Assembly: GCA_963729625.1 (NCBI GenBank)
Contig: CAVSOU010000017.1
Coordinates: 192,001-256,000, forward strand
Reading direction: 5' to 3'
Length of the DNA: 64,000 nucleotides
DNA from: an uncultured bacterium
GTDB lineage: Bacteria; Chloroflexota; UBA5177; JANWHV01
The translations under genes and the position numbers were made by a program. The notes beneath the pieces are model-generated. The model was given only the letters and a program-made list of their open reading frames with translations, ran no database searches and had not been told where the DNA came from. This document shows, piece by piece, positions 18,103-29,132 of the stretch (position 1 is the first letter of the stretch; each line of letters begins with the position of its first letter).

Positions 18103-20091
18103 ATGTCGCTTACGTGCGACGCCAGGGAGCACTATCAGAGATCGAAGGGCCACGGCAGCCGGCTGAAGGCACGTAAAGACAGATCCGACCCTCGACGCAC
18201 CGGGACGGATGTCGATGCCGTAAATTCGACCGGCAACATTTCGAGGTACCGCGCGCCGGCCAGCGTGCTGGCCGAACTCCAGCGCGAGGCGACCGCTATC
18301 GTTATATCGGCGGCCACCGCCGCGGAGGCCTTCTCCCGCTGCCTGCAGACAATCTGCATGCGCCTTGGCTGGGACTTCGCGGCGTACTGGAGCTTCGATG
18401 CGTCCACGCAGCATTTTCGCTGCCGACACGTCTACCAGAGTCCACGAATCGCCGAGCACGAGTATGCCACGCTTCACGGCAACGTGCCGCTCGGGCCAGG
18501 TTCGGGCCTGCTTGGACAGGCGTGGTTGGCAGGCGAGCCGGCATGGATCGCCAACCTCCGCGAGCGCGCCGGCTCCGGTCGCGCCGCGGAGGCTGCCGAG
18601 CACGGCATGCAGAGCGCATTATGGCTCCCGATACCTCGACGGCGGGGCTCCGCGGGCATACTGGAGTTCTTCAGCCAGAGCCTCCGTCCGCTGCCGGCCG
18701 GCGCGCGCCAGCCGCTCGTGACAATCGGCGCGCTCATGGGCCAGTTCGCCGACTGCAGCCAGGCGGAATCGGCGCTCGTTCACCAGAGGCTCCATGACCA
18801 GCTCACGGGTCTGCCGAACCGGAGTTTCTTTGTGAAGCGGTTGGGTGAGGCCGTAGACGCAGCGCGCCTTGCCGACGCTTCGACGGCACTGCTGCTCTTC
18901 GATCTTAACCGCTTCAGGGAAGTCAACGATACTCTGGGCCACTGCTTCGGCGACCAGGTATTGCTGGAGGCCATGTCGCGCGTCAAGTCCCTGCTGTCCC
19001 GCAACGCCACTCTGGCCCGGCTGAGCGGCGATGAGTTCGGCATCATTCTGCCCGAAACCGGCGTCGACGAGGCGACCAAGCTCTCCCGGACCATTCTCGC
19101 CGTACTGGAAATGCCTTATTGCCTTGACGGCCACAGCGTCGCCGTGGGCGCGAGCCTGGGAATCGCCTTCTTCCCTGAAGACGGTACCGGTCCGGATGAG
19201 CTGCTCCGCCACGCCGACGTGGCAATCGACGTTGCCAAGCGCATGGGCGGCGGCTATGAGGCCTATGACATGACGAAGGACCAGCACAGCGTCACGCGGC
19301 TCACACTGGCTACCGACCTCCGTCTGGCCCTTGAGAACGACGGTCTCCGCCTGTACTACCAGCCGATGCTCACCATCCCGGACGGCAGATTCACGCGTGT
19401 AGAGGCCCTGGTCCGCTGGCAACATCCGGATCGCGGCCACGTCGCTCCCGAGTGTTTCATCCCTGTGGCCGAGACTATCGGTCTCGTGGGCGTACTGACG
19501 CTATGGGTGCTGGAAACGGCGCTGCGCCAGAATCAGTGCTGGGCGGAAGCAGGTCATGATATCGGCGTATCCGTCAATCTATCGGCAAGAACGCTGCAAG
19601 ATGCCCAGCTTCCCGATGCAGTGGCTTGGCTCCTCCATCGATTCAACGTGCCTCCGAAGAATCTCACCCTGGAGATAACGGAGGGCACGCTCATGGCCGA
19701 TCCCGTCGGTGCAATGGGCGTGTTGAATCGTCTCTGGGCTATCGGCGTGCGCATCGCGATCGACGATTTCGGTACGGGATACTCGTCGCTCTCGTACTTG
19801 AAGGGCCTCCCGGTCCACGAGATCAAGATCGACAAGTCATTCGTGTTGGGCACATATTCCAGCCAAAAGGACATCGCCATCGTACGATCCATAATCGAGC
19901 TGGGCCACAACCTCGGTCTGGAGGTGGTGGCCGAAGGGGTGGAACGTACCCAAGCCTGGGATATGCTCGTCCAGATGGGTTGCGACGTCGCGCAGGGCAA
20001 TCTGCTAGGTCTTCCTGGTCCCGCCGCCGAACTTGGGCCGTGGCACACAACCGCCGATCACCTGACACGGCTCAGGTGCGCCGGCCTCTAA
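18103..20091 (+). CDS. GAF-GGDEF-EAL c-di-GMP cyclase/phosphodiesterase
   Basis: GAF (GLLGQAW..GEPAWI), HDQLTGLPNR, SGDEF, EAL, IDDFGTGYSSLSYL, IKIDKSF and VVAEGVE. Start uncertain. Confidence 0.92.
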   Translation: MSLTCDAREHYQRSKGHGSRLKARKDRSDPRRTGTDVDAVNSTGNISRYRAPASVLAELQREATAIVISAATAAEAFSRCLQTICMRLGWDFAAYWSFDASTQHFRCRHVYQSPRIAEHEYATLHGNVPLGPGSGLLGQAWLAGEPAWIANLRERAGSGRAAEAAEHGMQSALWLPIPRRRGSAGILEFFSQSLRPLPAGARQPLVTIGALMGQFADCSQAESALVHQRLHDQLTGLPNRSFFVKRLGEAVDAARLADASTALLLFDLNRFREVNDTLGHCFGDQVLLEAMSRVKSLLSRNATLARLSGDEFGIILPETGVDEATKLSRTILAVLEMPYCLDGHSVAVGASLGIAFFPEDGTGPDELLRHADVAIDVAKRMGGGYEAYDMTKDQHSVTRLTLATDLRLALENDGLRLYYQPMLTIPDGRFTRVEALVRWQHPDRGHVAPECFIPVAETIGLVGVLTLWVLETALRQNQCWAEAGHDIGVSVNLSARTLQDAQLPDAVAWLLHRFNVPPKNLTLEITEGTLMADPVGAMGVLNRLWAIGVRIAIDDFGTGYSSLSYLKGLPVHEIKIDKSFVLGTYSSQKDIAIVRSIIELGHNLGLEVVAEGVERTQAWDMLVQMGCDVAQGNLLGLPGPAAELGPWHTTADHLTRLRCAGL

Positions 20092-20218
20092 CGTCCTCAG
20101 GGAGCGATCTTTCCGGGCACGCCCGTTGGGGGTTGGCAGCTTTGCTCTGTGCCGTCACGCCGGCCACGGTTGCTGGGAAATCTCCGCGCGGCAGCCAATG
20201 TTGCTATGCTGAAAGGCA

Positions 20219-20662
20219 ATGAGCGAATCCATTGAGGTAGACTTTCTGGTCCTGGCCGATCGCGCTGAAGTGTTGAACGGCAAGCTCTATATGATGGGCG
20301 GAGGCTGGGACTCCATCGGCACCCTCGGTCCGGAGCAGCCCGTGCAGTTCACGGCAGCTGTGGGCTTTCTCGTACCCTGGAACGCCACGAATATTGACCA
20401 CGCCTGCAGCATCCGGCTGGAAGATGCGGACGGCACCGATGTTCTGAGTCTTGGCTATGGGATCAAGACGGGACGCCCGCCCAATCTGCCCGACGGCGCC
20501 ACGCAGCGCGTGACGGTCTGCCTGCCCATTTCCGCCGGTTTCCCCAAACCAGGCATGTTTGCCCTGGTCGCTACAGCCGGATCGGACCAGAAACGCGTTG
20601 CGTTCCACGTGCGCCAGATGCCGCCGACCGCCTCCCAGCCGTTTCTGCCCCAGCAGCCCTAG
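20219..20662 (+). CDS. DUF6941-like hypothetical protein
   Basis: N-terminal FLVLADRAEVLNGKLYMMGGGWD pattern. Upstream TGnTATGCT -10-like element. Confidence 0.65.
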   Translation: MSESIEVDFLVLADRAEVLNGKLYMMGGGWDSIGTLGPEQPVQFTAAVGFLVPWNATNIDHACSIRLEDADGTDVLSLGYGIKTGRPPNLPDGATQRVTVCLPISAGFPKPGMFALVATAGSDQKRVAFHVRQMPPTASQPFLPQQP

Positions 20663-20677
20663 GCAGGCGGTACTGGC

Positions 20678-21085
20678 ATGCCTGATCCAAACGTGGCCGA
20701 CATCCGGACAATGCTGGATGCTATCTTGAAGAGCGTCCTGCGGCTGCCAGAATCGCGCCCGTCGCAATTCGCACCCGAGTGGACATCGGCAATTGGCGAT
20801 CTGATCCGCGCTTGCGACTCATTGATTCAGGCGCTGCTAGGGCTCGACGTGCAAAGCCCGGAGGCCGATGAGCTGCTCGGCGCTGTGCGGGCTCACCGCC
20901 GGTTGCTCTTCCTGGCGATTGCCGAGGCCGACCCGGATCAGGTCGCGTTCTGGACAGAAGCATACCGGGAAAGTGAACGCACCGCCGAGGCGCACATGGC
21001 GGCCGGGCAGACGCCGCGCTTCTTCACCGACCAGGAGTTTGAATCCTCCTTGCGAGCGCAGTGGCTGGGCGAGGACGACGCCTAG
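20678..21085 (+). CDS. Hypothetical protein with antitoxin-like C-terminal motif
   Basis: C-terminus DPDQVAFWTEAYRESERTAEAHMAAG...F..QEF resembles the DQxWFW...E.EA..D...G tail of some AbrB-type antitoxins. Confidence 0.55.
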   Translation: MPDPNVADIRTMLDAILKSVLRLPESRPSQFAPEWTSAIGDLIRACDSLIQALLGLDVQSPEADELLGAVRAHRRLLFLAIAEADPDQVAFWTEAYRESERTAEAHMAAGQTPRFFTDQEFESSLRAQWLGEDDA

Positions 21086-21768
21086 GACGGATCGTGTTCG
21101 CCTTCAGGCTCGCGCTCGGGCGCTTCGAACGTCGGCGCGGGCGCGCCATCGCTATGCCCGATGAAGAGGTTCGGGTTGATGATGCGCTTCTCGAAGTCCA
21201 CCCATATCCGCGCATCCATGCGGCAATCGTACACGCGACAGACGCCGGGGCGGTGCTCATAGATCGTGCAGCCGAGGCTGGCACGGTCCTGGTGCACGCA
21301 CCGCTTGTCCAGGCCGAGACGGTTCACGTACGGCTGGCTCAGATCCCAGCGCATCACGCCTTCTTCGAGATCCTGCGGCGAGAGGGCAAAACGCATGGCG
21401 CAGCAGGCCGCCCGGCAGAGAGGAATCCGATTCTCGCAGTCTATTCGCGGCAGCGTCTCGGCGGGAATGGTGTATTTGTCCGGGATGCGCGTATCGACCT
21501 TGACGCCGATCTGCTTCTCTCGGAACAACGCGCGCAGCCTCCGTGCTACGACCGTCCGCTGCGCTCTGAGCTCCTCTTTGGTTATCAGCCCCCGCGCTAC
21601 GAGCAGGTTTGACAGGGCGCCTACCTCGGTCGCCGTCACGAAAAGCTGCTGGGCAACTTCACTCACCTGCTCGTTGGTATGCTGTATGCCGCGAGTGACC
21701 TGCGATTCCTCGCTTTCCATCGGCTGGTTCGATGCGTGCGTCAGGGCAGCCGTATCCTTGTCCATCAT
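21082..21768 (-). CDS. YkgJ/UPF0153-like cysteine-cluster protein
   Basis: C...CRAACC...CVH...CTIYEHRPGVCRVYDC. ATG 21768 with GGAG. Confidence 0.8.
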   Translation of the reverse strand: MMDKDTAALTHASNQPMESEESQVTRGIQHTNEQVSEVAQQLFVTATEVGALSNLLVARGLITKEELRAQRTVVARRLRALFREKQIGVKVDTRIPDKYTIPAETLPRIDCENRIPLCRAACCAMRFALSPQDLEEGVMRWDLSQPYVNRLGLDKRCVHQDRASLGCTIYEHRPGVCRVYDCRMDARIWVDFEKRIINPNLFIGHSDGAPAPTFEAPEREPEGEHDPS

Positions 21769-21809
21769 AGTTCTCCGCTGGATTGTCGGTGTTCGGAGCC
21801 GCGGGTGCA

Positions 21810-23018
21810 TCAAAGCCCTTTGCCGGTACTCTCCGCCAACTGCGCTCGCGCCACCGCCCCGCTCACGACTGCCACGGTGGGCAGCACGGGGTGCTCGAAG
21901 TAGTCGGCCTTGTAGTCGCGCAACAGCGCCTCGCCGTCTCGATCCCAAGAAAAGCGCGGTCGCTTCAGCACGCGCTGAAAGACCTGGCTCGCCCGGTCGG
22001 GATCCTGAGCGGCCAGGCGGCGGAGCAGGCGCGGTGAGGTGGAAGGATCGCGCAAGAGGCTGAGCAGGAGTTTGCGATAGCGCCGGAGCGCGGCGCGCTC
22101 CGGCCGCTCAAAGGCCTCCAGCACCATGCCGAAGTCCGGCATGAAGCTCATCCCGTCCATCTCGTCAGAGATCACGCCCACCGTCTCTGCCGAGCGGAGG
22201 TCCTCAGGCAGGTCGTATTCCGGTACTGGGGGCTCCGTGCCGTATGCCTCCTTGGCGCGGTCGGCAGCAGTTGTTCCCTCGGCATCGCGTTGCTCGTACA
22301 GCTGATAGCGGTGGAAGGCCCGCATTCGCTCGGCGAGTTTGGGCCCCGGCACCACGATCAGGTCCGCACCGAAGAAGGCTATGAAGTTCTCTCGATTCTC
22401 GCGCTGCAGCTTCCAGGCCTGCTCCAGCTTCGCGGGATTGCGGTAGACAAGTGAGGGCTGCTGCAACGCCAGATGCCCTGCCGCCTGGTACGCCGCGGCA
22501 TGTTCCGACGCGGGCAGCGCCTGCATGATGCCGCTCAAGAGCCACCCGTCGTCCAGAGGCACCAAGCGAGCGATCAGGAACGAGCCTGCCGCGACCGGAG
22601 CAAAGGCCTGCGTACCCGCATTCGAATAGACGACGTACGTCAGATCGTCGACAAGGTTGACGAGCTTCAGGCCATCACCCACCCGGCTATCGACGACAAA
22701 GATGCCCTCGACGATCTGGCTCCAGCTCAGCAGCATGGCGCGTTCCGGCTCGGAGAGCTCAGGATGCGTGCTGACGAAATCCTCCACGACGGTACGACCA
22801 TTTGACAGGCGATGCCGCAAAATGAAGTGGTCGAGCGCGTCAATGTCCAGCGAGCTATCCGGCCTGAAAGGTATTCCGGTTTGTTCCGGCAGGGCCTGCC
22901 GCATGTCGCGATCGAAGCGGCCGCTGCAGGCATAATTGACGATCTGCTGCTTGAGATCGCCGCTTCGCCGAATGAGATCCTGCGTCACCACCACACGACT
23001 CCTCGACCACTCCCCCAA
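21810..23018 (-). CDS. Hypothetical protein
   Basis: 402-aa ORF with natural composition, co-oriented between kbl and the YkgJ-like gene. Start uncertain. Confidence 0.7.
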   Translation of the reverse strand: MGEWSRSRVVVTQDLIRRSGDLKQQIVNYACSGRFDRDMRQALPEQTGIPFRPDSSLDIDALDHFILRHRLSNGRTVVEDFVSTHPELSEPERAMLLSWSQIVEGIFVVDSRVGDGLKLVNLVDDLTYVVYSNAGTQAFAPVAAGSFLIARLVPLDDGWLLSGIMQALPASEHAAAYQAAGHLALQQPSLVYRNPAKLEQAWKLQRENRENFIAFFGADLIVVPGPKLAERMRAFHRYQLYEQRDAEGTTAADRAKEAYGTEPPVPEYDLPEDLRSAETVGVISDEMDGMSFMPDFGMVLEAFERPERAALRRYRKLLLSLLRDPSTSPRLLRRLAAQDPDRASQVFQRVLKRPRFSWDRDGEALLRDYKADYFEHPVLPTVAVVSGAVARAQLAESTGKGL

Positions 23019-23065
23019 CGTACCACGCCGCTGATAACAGAGTCCCGCGCTGGCGGCGGTTTGGT

Positions 23066-24268
23066 TCAGGCAGGCGGTACCGGCGAGAAGGCCAGCTCGT
23101 CGCGCGCTGCGGCAAAGGCCGCAGCAGCCTGCAACAGGTCTTCGGCAGTGTGAGCGGCGGACACTTGCGTGCGGATGCGCGCCTTACCGAGGGGCACCAC
23201 CGGGTAGGAGAAAGCGATCACATAGATGCCTTTCTCCAGCAAGCGATCAGCCAGCGCCGCTGCTCGCGTCGCGTCCCCCAGCATGACGGGCACGATCGGA
23301 TGGTCTCCGGGCAGGACGTCGAAGCCCAGGGCCGTCATGCGTTCGCGGAAGAGCGCGGTGTTGGCGCGCAGGCGGGCACGCAGGTCGTCCGACGTGGTCA
23401 GGAGGTCGAGCGCCTTGAGCGATGCTGCCACGATCGAGGGCGCCATGGTGTTGCTGAAGAGATATGGGCGCGAGCGCTGGCGCAGCAGGGCAATTATCTC
23501 GCGCCGGCCGCTCGTGTAGCCACCGCTGGCGCCTCCGAGGGCCTTGCCAAGGGTGCCGGTGACGACGTCAACACGATCGATGACGCCGTGCAGCTCAGGC
23601 GTGCCCCGTCCGGAGGGGCCGACGAAACCGACTGCGTGGGAGTCGTCCACCATCACCATCGCGCTGTACCGATCGGCGAGATCGCAGATGTCGCGTAGCG
23701 GCGTCACGTAGCCATCCATGGAGAAGACGCCGTCGGTGGCGATCAGCCGCCGGCGCGCATCGCGCGCGGATTGAAGCTGAGCTTCGAGATCAGCCATATC
23801 GCGATTCCGGTAACGGAGGCGGCGCGCCTTGCATAGCCGGATGCCGTCGATGATGCTGGCATGGTTGAGCTCGTCGGAGATCACGACGTCCTGTTCGCCG
23901 AGCAGTGTCTCGAAGAGGCCGCCGTTGGCGTCGAAGCAGGAGCCGTAAAGAATGGTGTCCTCCGTCCCGAGGAAGGCGCTGATACGCCGCTCCAGGTCTT
24001 TGTGGATTTCCTGCGTGCCGCAGATGAAGCGAACAGAGGAGAGACCAAAGCCCCAGCGCTCGAGCGCGTCGCGTGCTGCCGCGATCAGGTCCGGGTGATC
24101 GGCCAGCCCGAGGTAGTTATTGGCGCAGAGGTTGAGCACGGTCCGGCCACTCGCGACGCGCACGTGCGGGCCTTGCGGAGAGGCGAGGACGCGCTCGTTC
24201 TTGTACAGGCCGGCCGAGCGGATACCCTCAAGCTCGGCGATGAGATCCTCTCGCGGGACTGTGAACAT
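23066..24268 (-). CDS. kbl: Glycine C-acetyltransferase (2-amino-3-ketobutyrate CoA ligase)
   Basis: [43 protein letters not shown] and [11 protein letters not shown]. Confidence 0.96.
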   Translation of the reverse strand: MFTVPREDLIAELEGIRSAGLYKNERVLASPQGPHVRVASGRTVLNLCANNYLGLADHPDLIAAARDALERWGFGLSSVRFICGTQEIHKDLERRISAFLGTEDTILYGSCFDANGGLFETLLGEQDVVISDELNHASIIDGIRLCKARRLRYRNRDMADLEAQLQSARDARRRLIATDGVFSMDGYVTPLRDICDLADRYSAMVMVDDSHAVGFVGPSGRGTPELHGVIDRVDVVTGTLGKALGGASGGYTSGRREIIALLRQRSRPYLFSNTMAPSIVAASLKALDLLTTSDDLRARLRANTALFRERMTALGFDVLPGDHPIVPVMLGDATRAAALADRLLEKGIYVIAFSYPVVPLGKARIRTQVSAAHTAEDLLQAAAAFAAARDELAFSPVPPA

Positions 24269-24943
24269 ATGCCCTCCATGCCCGGCCGGCATCGCGCCGC
24301 CCGGTGCTGCGCGGCTCGGTTTGCAAAGCGCCGCCGCTCAGTGTTGCCCACGCCATGCCGCGAAGGCTCGTACACGCAGCACTATTGTGTTCATGGCAGT
24401 CAGTCTATCACCTGCCACATTCTGAGTATCCGAAAGCACACATCTGTTCCTGCTTCGACCGGCATCACGTTTCTGGTGCTAGCCTCGCCACCTCCGCCCA
24501 CGGTGCGGGTGAGCCAGGCGGGGGCATATATGCAGGAAGAGCCATCGTCAGTACCTCCCATGCGATCAACATAGCGCGCCGGCCTGGCCTCGCATCGGCG
24601 CAGCCGTCAAACTCGCCTTTTCGGAGCATACTACACCATACCCCGACTCGCTCGGCGCCAGGCAGGGCACCATGTGAGAACCAGAGCTGTTCACTTCTCG
24701 TAACGGTCGCGTGGCAACGGGCCCGGGACCGCCGGGCACCCGCGTGCGGGTGTTTTGCCCACTCCATCCGGCAAATCACTTCCCAACGACCCCAGGTGGC
24801 GGCGTCTCGCGGCCGGGCCAGCGACAGAAAGACAGCCCTGGCCTGGTTCCGGCACGACTTGAATGTTACGAACGTCCGTGCAATTATCGACGTGTGGCTC
24901 CGGAAGGCGGCTTTTCGATCGGGAGTATCAGGAGGTGGTTCAC

Positions 24944-26350
24944 GTGGCGCACGACTTCGACGGCGATTTTAGCGAGCTTCGGGCCGAGCTAACCGGCAGA
25001 GTGATCTTACCTTCCGATCCCGATTATGATAGTGCGCGCTCTGTCTGGAACGGTGCTATTGACCGCCGCCCTGCGGGAATCGCCCGTTGCTCCAGCGCAA
25101 GCGACGTCTCCGCAGCCGTCCGGTTTGGCAGAGCCAGAGGCCTTGAGATTTCCGTACGAGGAGGCGGCCACAACTTCGCGGGGTTCGCGGTGTGTGATGG
25201 GGGGTTGACGATCGATCTCAGTGGGATGCGGCAGGTCGCTGTTGATCCTGCCGCTCGGCGGGCCTTATGCGGCGGCGGCGCCACGTGGGGTGACTTGGAC
25301 GGGGCAAGCCAGGCCCATGGGCTGGCTGTAACCGGCGGGTTCATCAGCCATACCGGCGTTGGAGGGCTTACGCTTGGTGGCGGGATCGGCTGGCTTACCC
25401 GAAAAGCGGGCCTGACTATCGATAGCCTCGTCGCTGCTGAGGTGGTCGTGGCCGATGGCAGCATCCTTCGGGCGTCGAAGGAAGAGAACGCCGATCTCTT
25501 CTGGGCAATCCGGGGTGGCGGCGGCAACTTCGGTGTGGTCACGTCCTTTGAATTCCAGCTTCACTCGGTAGGCCCTCTCGTCCATCTTGGACTCTTCTTC
25601 TGGGGAGTAGATCGAGGCGTGGAGGCGTTGCGCTTCAGCCGCGACTTTATTACTACTCTCCCGCTGGACATGGGCGTGCTGATCGCGGGCCTGCACGCAC
25701 CGCCGGCGCCGTTTGTGCCCGAGCAGTACCGCTTTGCACCCGGCTTCGCTCTCCTGGTCGTCGGCTTTGGCTCCGCGGAAGAGCACGCGCAGGCGCTTCA
25801 GCCAATTCGCAGCTCCATGCCGCCGCTCTTTGGGCTGGTCACTCCGATCCCCTATGCCCAGCTTCAGCAGATGTTCGACGAGGGCAATCCGTGGGGCATC
25901 CTGGCGTACGAGAAGGCGCTTTACCTGGATGAGCTTGGCGACGACGCCATTTCGGTGTTTGCCGAGCACCTTCCCAGGAAGAGCTCACCGCTCTCCTTCG
26001 TCCCTGTTTTCTACGTCGCCGGAGCATATCAGTCGGAAGGAGAAGAAGACACAGCTTTTGGCGGCAGTCGCTCGGCGCACTTCGTCTTCAATATCGCAGC
26101 CATCAGTCCGGCGCCAGATCTGTTCGCGGCCGATCGCGCCTGGGTGCGCGATTTTTGGCAGGCCTTGCGTCCCTACGCCGGAAACTCGGGCAGCTATGTC
26201 AACTTCATGACGGAGCAGGAGGAGGATCGGGTGCGTGCTGCCTACGGCCCGTCCAAGCTCGAGCGGCTGTCGCGCATCAAAGCGCGGTACGACCCCGACA
26301 ACGTCTTCCACCAGAATGTGAACATCAAGCCGGCAACAGCACCGGTCTAG
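24944..26350 (+). CDS. FAD-binding oxidoreductase (berberine-bridge/6-HDNO-like)
   Basis: VRGGGHN (covalent FAD His), GVGGLTLGGG, LFWAIRGGGGNFGVVT and YVNF...YDPDNVF. RBS AGGAGG before GTG 24944. Confidence 0.92.
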   Translation: MAHDFDGDFSELRAELTGRVILPSDPDYDSARSVWNGAIDRRPAGIARCSSASDVSAAVRFGRARGLEISVRGGGHNFAGFAVCDGGLTIDLSGMRQVAVDPAARRALCGGGATWGDLDGASQAHGLAVTGGFISHTGVGGLTLGGGIGWLTRKAGLTIDSLVAAEVVVADGSILRASKEENADLFWAIRGGGGNFGVVTSFEFQLHSVGPLVHLGLFFWGVDRGVEALRFSRDFITTLPLDMGVLIAGLHAPPAPFVPEQYRFAPGFALLVVGFGSAEEHAQALQPIRSSMPPLFGLVTPIPYAQLQQMFDEGNPWGILAYEKALYLDELGDDAISVFAEHLPRKSSPLSFVPVFYVAGAYQSEGEEDTAFGGSRSAHFVFNIAAISPAPDLFAADRAWVRDFWQALRPYAGNSGSYVNFMTEQEEDRVRAAYGPSKLERLSRIKARYDPDNVFHQNVNIKPATAPV

Positions 26351-26469
26351 GCTGGGAGCACGCCTTGCTCCAGCGCTTGGCCGTTTCCCGCCGGACTGCG
26401 CGGACGCGAGATGCGATCTCGAACGCGGCACGGTTGGCGCGAAGAGCCGTGCGAGCCCGACGGCGCCGG

Positions 26470-27501
26470 CTACGCCTGCGACCAGGACAGCACCACCTTG
26501 CCGGCGTTGCCGCCGCGGGCCACGGCGAAGGCTTCCTCGAACTCCGTATAGGGAAGGCGGTGCGTGATCACCGGCGAGATATCCAGACCCGACTGCAGCA
26601 TGGCGGTCATCATGTACCACGTCTCGTACATCTCGCGCCCGTAGATGCCCTTGATCGTCAGCATGTTGAACACAACCGTATTCCAGTCGATGGCAATCTC
26701 GTTCTTTGGGATACCCAGCATGGCAATACGACCGCCGTGGGCCATGTTGGCGATCATGTCGCGCAACGCCGAGGGATTGCCGGACATCTCGAGCCCGACG
26801 TCGAAACCCTCCTGCATGCCCAGGGTGCGCTGTGTGCCCGCGATCGTCTCGGTTCGGACGTCGAGCGCGCGCGTCACCTTCAGGCGCCGCGCCAGGTCGA
26901 GACGATACTCGTTCACGTCGGTAATCACCACGTGCCGTGCGCCGGCGTGGCGGACCACGAGGGCGGCCATGATGCCGATTGGTCCGGCGCCGGTAATCAG
27001 CACATCCTCGCCGAGCACGGAAAAGGTGAGCGCTGTGTGTACTGCATTGCCGAATGGATCGAAAATCGCGGCGACGTCAAGATCGATGCCGGGAGCATGA
27101 TGCCAGATATTGGTCATCGGCAGGGCGATGTACTCGGCAAAGGCGCCCGTGCGGTTCACGCCGACGCCTTTCGTGTGCGCGCACAAGTGGCGCCGGCCGG
27201 CCATGCAATTGCGGCACCGCCCACACACCACGTGCCCTTCACCACTGACGATGTCGCCGGGGCGGAAGTCATTGACGTTGGCGCCGATCTCCACCACTTC
27301 GCCGACGAACTCGTGTCCGATTGCCAGCGGAATGGACACTGATCGCTGCGCCCAGGCGTCCCAATCATAGATGTGCAGGTCCGTGCCGCAAATGCCGGTA
27401 CGCTGCACACGAATGAGGAGATCGTTGATGCCGATAGCGGGCTCAGGGACGTCCTCGAGCCACAACCCTGCCTCGGACTTGCTCTTGACCAGCGCTTTCA
27501 T
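26470..27501 (-). CDS. tdh: L-threonine 3-dehydrogenase
   Basis: [41 protein letters not shown] and [20 protein letters not shown]. Confidence 0.96.
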   Translation of the reverse strand: MKALVKSKSEAGLWLEDVPEPAIGINDLLIRVQRTGICGTDLHIYDWDAWAQRSVSIPLAIGHEFVGEVVEIGANVNDFRPGDIVSGEGHVVCGRCRNCMAGRRHLCAHTKGVGVNRTGAFAEYIALPMTNIWHHAPGIDLDVAAIFDPFGNAVHTALTFSVLGEDVLITGAGPIGIMAALVVRHAGARHVVITDVNEYRLDLARRLKVTRALDVRTETIAGTQRTLGMQEGFDVGLEMSGNPSALRDMIANMAHGGRIAMLGIPKNEIAIDWNTVVFNMLTIKGIYGREMYETWYMMTAMLQSGLDISPVITHRLPYTEFEEAFAVARGGNAGKVVLSWSQA

Positions 27502-27757
27502 CGTAGAACCTCCTGTGACGGATGCCGCGGGCATCGTCGGTTCTGCCGCACTGGTCCTGAGTATAGCCTTGATAGACACAGTGTCTCGTGATCGAACAGT
27601 GAAACATACCAGGTAGCGAAATGTGACATTGAGACATTGGAGTGACACATTTCACGACACTTGCCCCGCTATCCGAGGGGATGCGACGCGGCATCCATCC
27701 TTCGCGCCTAGGCGTGAGCGGCTTCTCGCAGGGGAGCCGCTCACGTCAACGACGTCG

Positions 27758-29056
27758 TCAGACCTTTTCCGCCGCCAGTACCGTGTCAAGCGCTGCATAG
27801 ACCTTGTGCACCGCTTCAATGACATAGGGCATGACTGAGGCGTCTTGGCCAGCCAGTGGGTAACGCTCGGAGCCAAGGAGTAGCGAATCGTTCAATAGCC
27901 GCGTGGCTTCTGGGTACCCATCCGGGTCATACCGAATATCTCGGCCCGCGGGCGGTACTGTCCAGGGAAAAGATCCGCCATAGCCCACGCGCTGCTGGAA
28001 GATCGGATAGGCGGGCAAAGGCGTTGTGTGCCAGAGCACGGCCTCGACACCCTCGGCGCGCAAGGCGCGCACCATCGCATTGCGCAGGCGTAACGGCTCG
28101 ACCCGCAGGCCCATCTCGGCCGGATTCAGGCGGACGCGATACTTCTGAAACGTGTGCGTCCTGTCATCCGGCACAAACGGCGGCTGCAGACCGGGCAAGT
28201 CCCGCAGGCCTTCGGTCAGCAATGCCGCGTTGGCTGCCGCCCGGGCATTATTGTCGTCGAGCCGCCGGAGCTGGCTGCGCGTGAAGGCGGCGGGCATCTC
28301 CTGCGACCGGTGATTCCAACCAATCACGTATGAAAAGTAGGGCCGGAACACCTCGTCGTCGAGGCGCTCCGAGCGCTCGCCGAAGATGCGGAACATGTTG
28401 GCGCGCCGCATAAGCGCTTCGTCATTCGTGACGAAGAAGCCGCCCTCGCCGCCGGGCAACGACTTGGTGAAGTTCAGACTAAATGCGCCCATGGCACCGA
28501 TCGGTCCCACGCGCTGTCCCTTATACGTCGCGCCGTGGGCTTGACAGGCGTCCTCGATCACGGCGAGGCCATGCCGTTTGGCTATCGCCAGGATCTCGTC
28601 AAGGTCCGCCGGCAGTCCGTGGATATGCACCGGCATGATCGCTCGAGTTCTCGGGCCGATCAGCGCTTCTACCTGGCGTGGCTGAAGCGTGAACGTGCGC
28701 GGGTCGATATCCGCGAACACGGGAATGGCCAGCGCCTGCAAGATCGCCAGAGCCGACGCCGAGAATGAGAAGGCCGATGTGATGATCTCGTCACCAGGCT
28801 GCAAGTCGAGCGCGAGCAGGGCGAGATGCAACGCCGTCGTGCCGCTATTGGTAGCCAGGCAATACCGCGCGCCGACATAGTCCGCGAACTCGCGCTGTAA
28901 CGCGGACGCCTCGGGCGCCTCGGCACCTCCGATGATGCCCCGATCGAGGACCGCCATGACGGCAGCCTTGTCCTCGGGCAAGATGCGTGGCCAGGGCTGC
29001 TGAATGCCCTGCGGCATGGCCGCGGGACCACCGTGAATTGCCAATCGCTCGCTCAT
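27758..29056 (-). CDS. DegT/DnrJ/EryC1/StrS PLP aminotransferase
   Basis: NSGTTALHLAL, IMPVHIHG, IEDACQAHGA and FSLNFTKSLPGGEGG (PLP lysine). Confidence 0.93.
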   Translation of the reverse strand: MSERLAIHGGPAAMPQGIQQPWPRILPEDKAAVMAVLDRGIIGGAEAPEASALQREFADYVGARYCLATNSGTTALHLALLALDLQPGDEIITSAFSFSASALAILQALAIPVFADIDPRTFTLQPRQVEALIGPRTRAIMPVHIHGLPADLDEILAIAKRHGLAVIEDACQAHGATYKGQRVGPIGAMGAFSLNFTKSLPGGEGGFFVTNDEALMRRANMFRIFGERSERLDDEVFRPYFSYVIGWNHRSQEMPAAFTRSQLRRLDDNNARAAANAALLTEGLRDLPGLQPPFVPDDRTHTFQKYRVRLNPAEMGLRVEPLRLRNAMVRALRAEGVEAVLWHTTPLPAYPIFQQRVGYGGSFPWTVPPAGRDIRYDPDGYPEATRLLNDSLLLGSERYPLAGQDASVMPYVIEAVHKVYAALDTVLAAEKV

Positions 29057-29086
29057 GCCTCGCTCCCATACCTACCGACTTGCCCA

Positions 29087-29132
29087 TGCAAACGTTAGCA
29101 CAAATCCTAGCACAGCCAAGCGAGCGTGTCAA
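29087..29132 (-). promoter_or_regulatory. Promoter plus LacI-type operator for the DegT gene
   Basis: Minus strand TTGACA (29127-29132), N17, TGnTAGGAT (-10 at 29104-29109). Operator TGCAAACGTTAGCA at 29087-29100. Confidence 0.75.

Noticed and set aside
21082-21768. YkgJ-like gene as a marker of a phage-tail-like locus
   Set aside because: No sheath, tube or baseplate genes are present in the window.
24270-24940. Possible glycine riboswitch upstream of kbl
   Set aside because: The conserved GGAGA...CCGAAG...CTCAGG elements were not found in order on the minus strand.
27618-27653. GAAATGTG-N20-CACATTTC inverted repeat upstream of tdh
   Set aside because: A single instance with no cognate regulator identified. 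Too weak to call.
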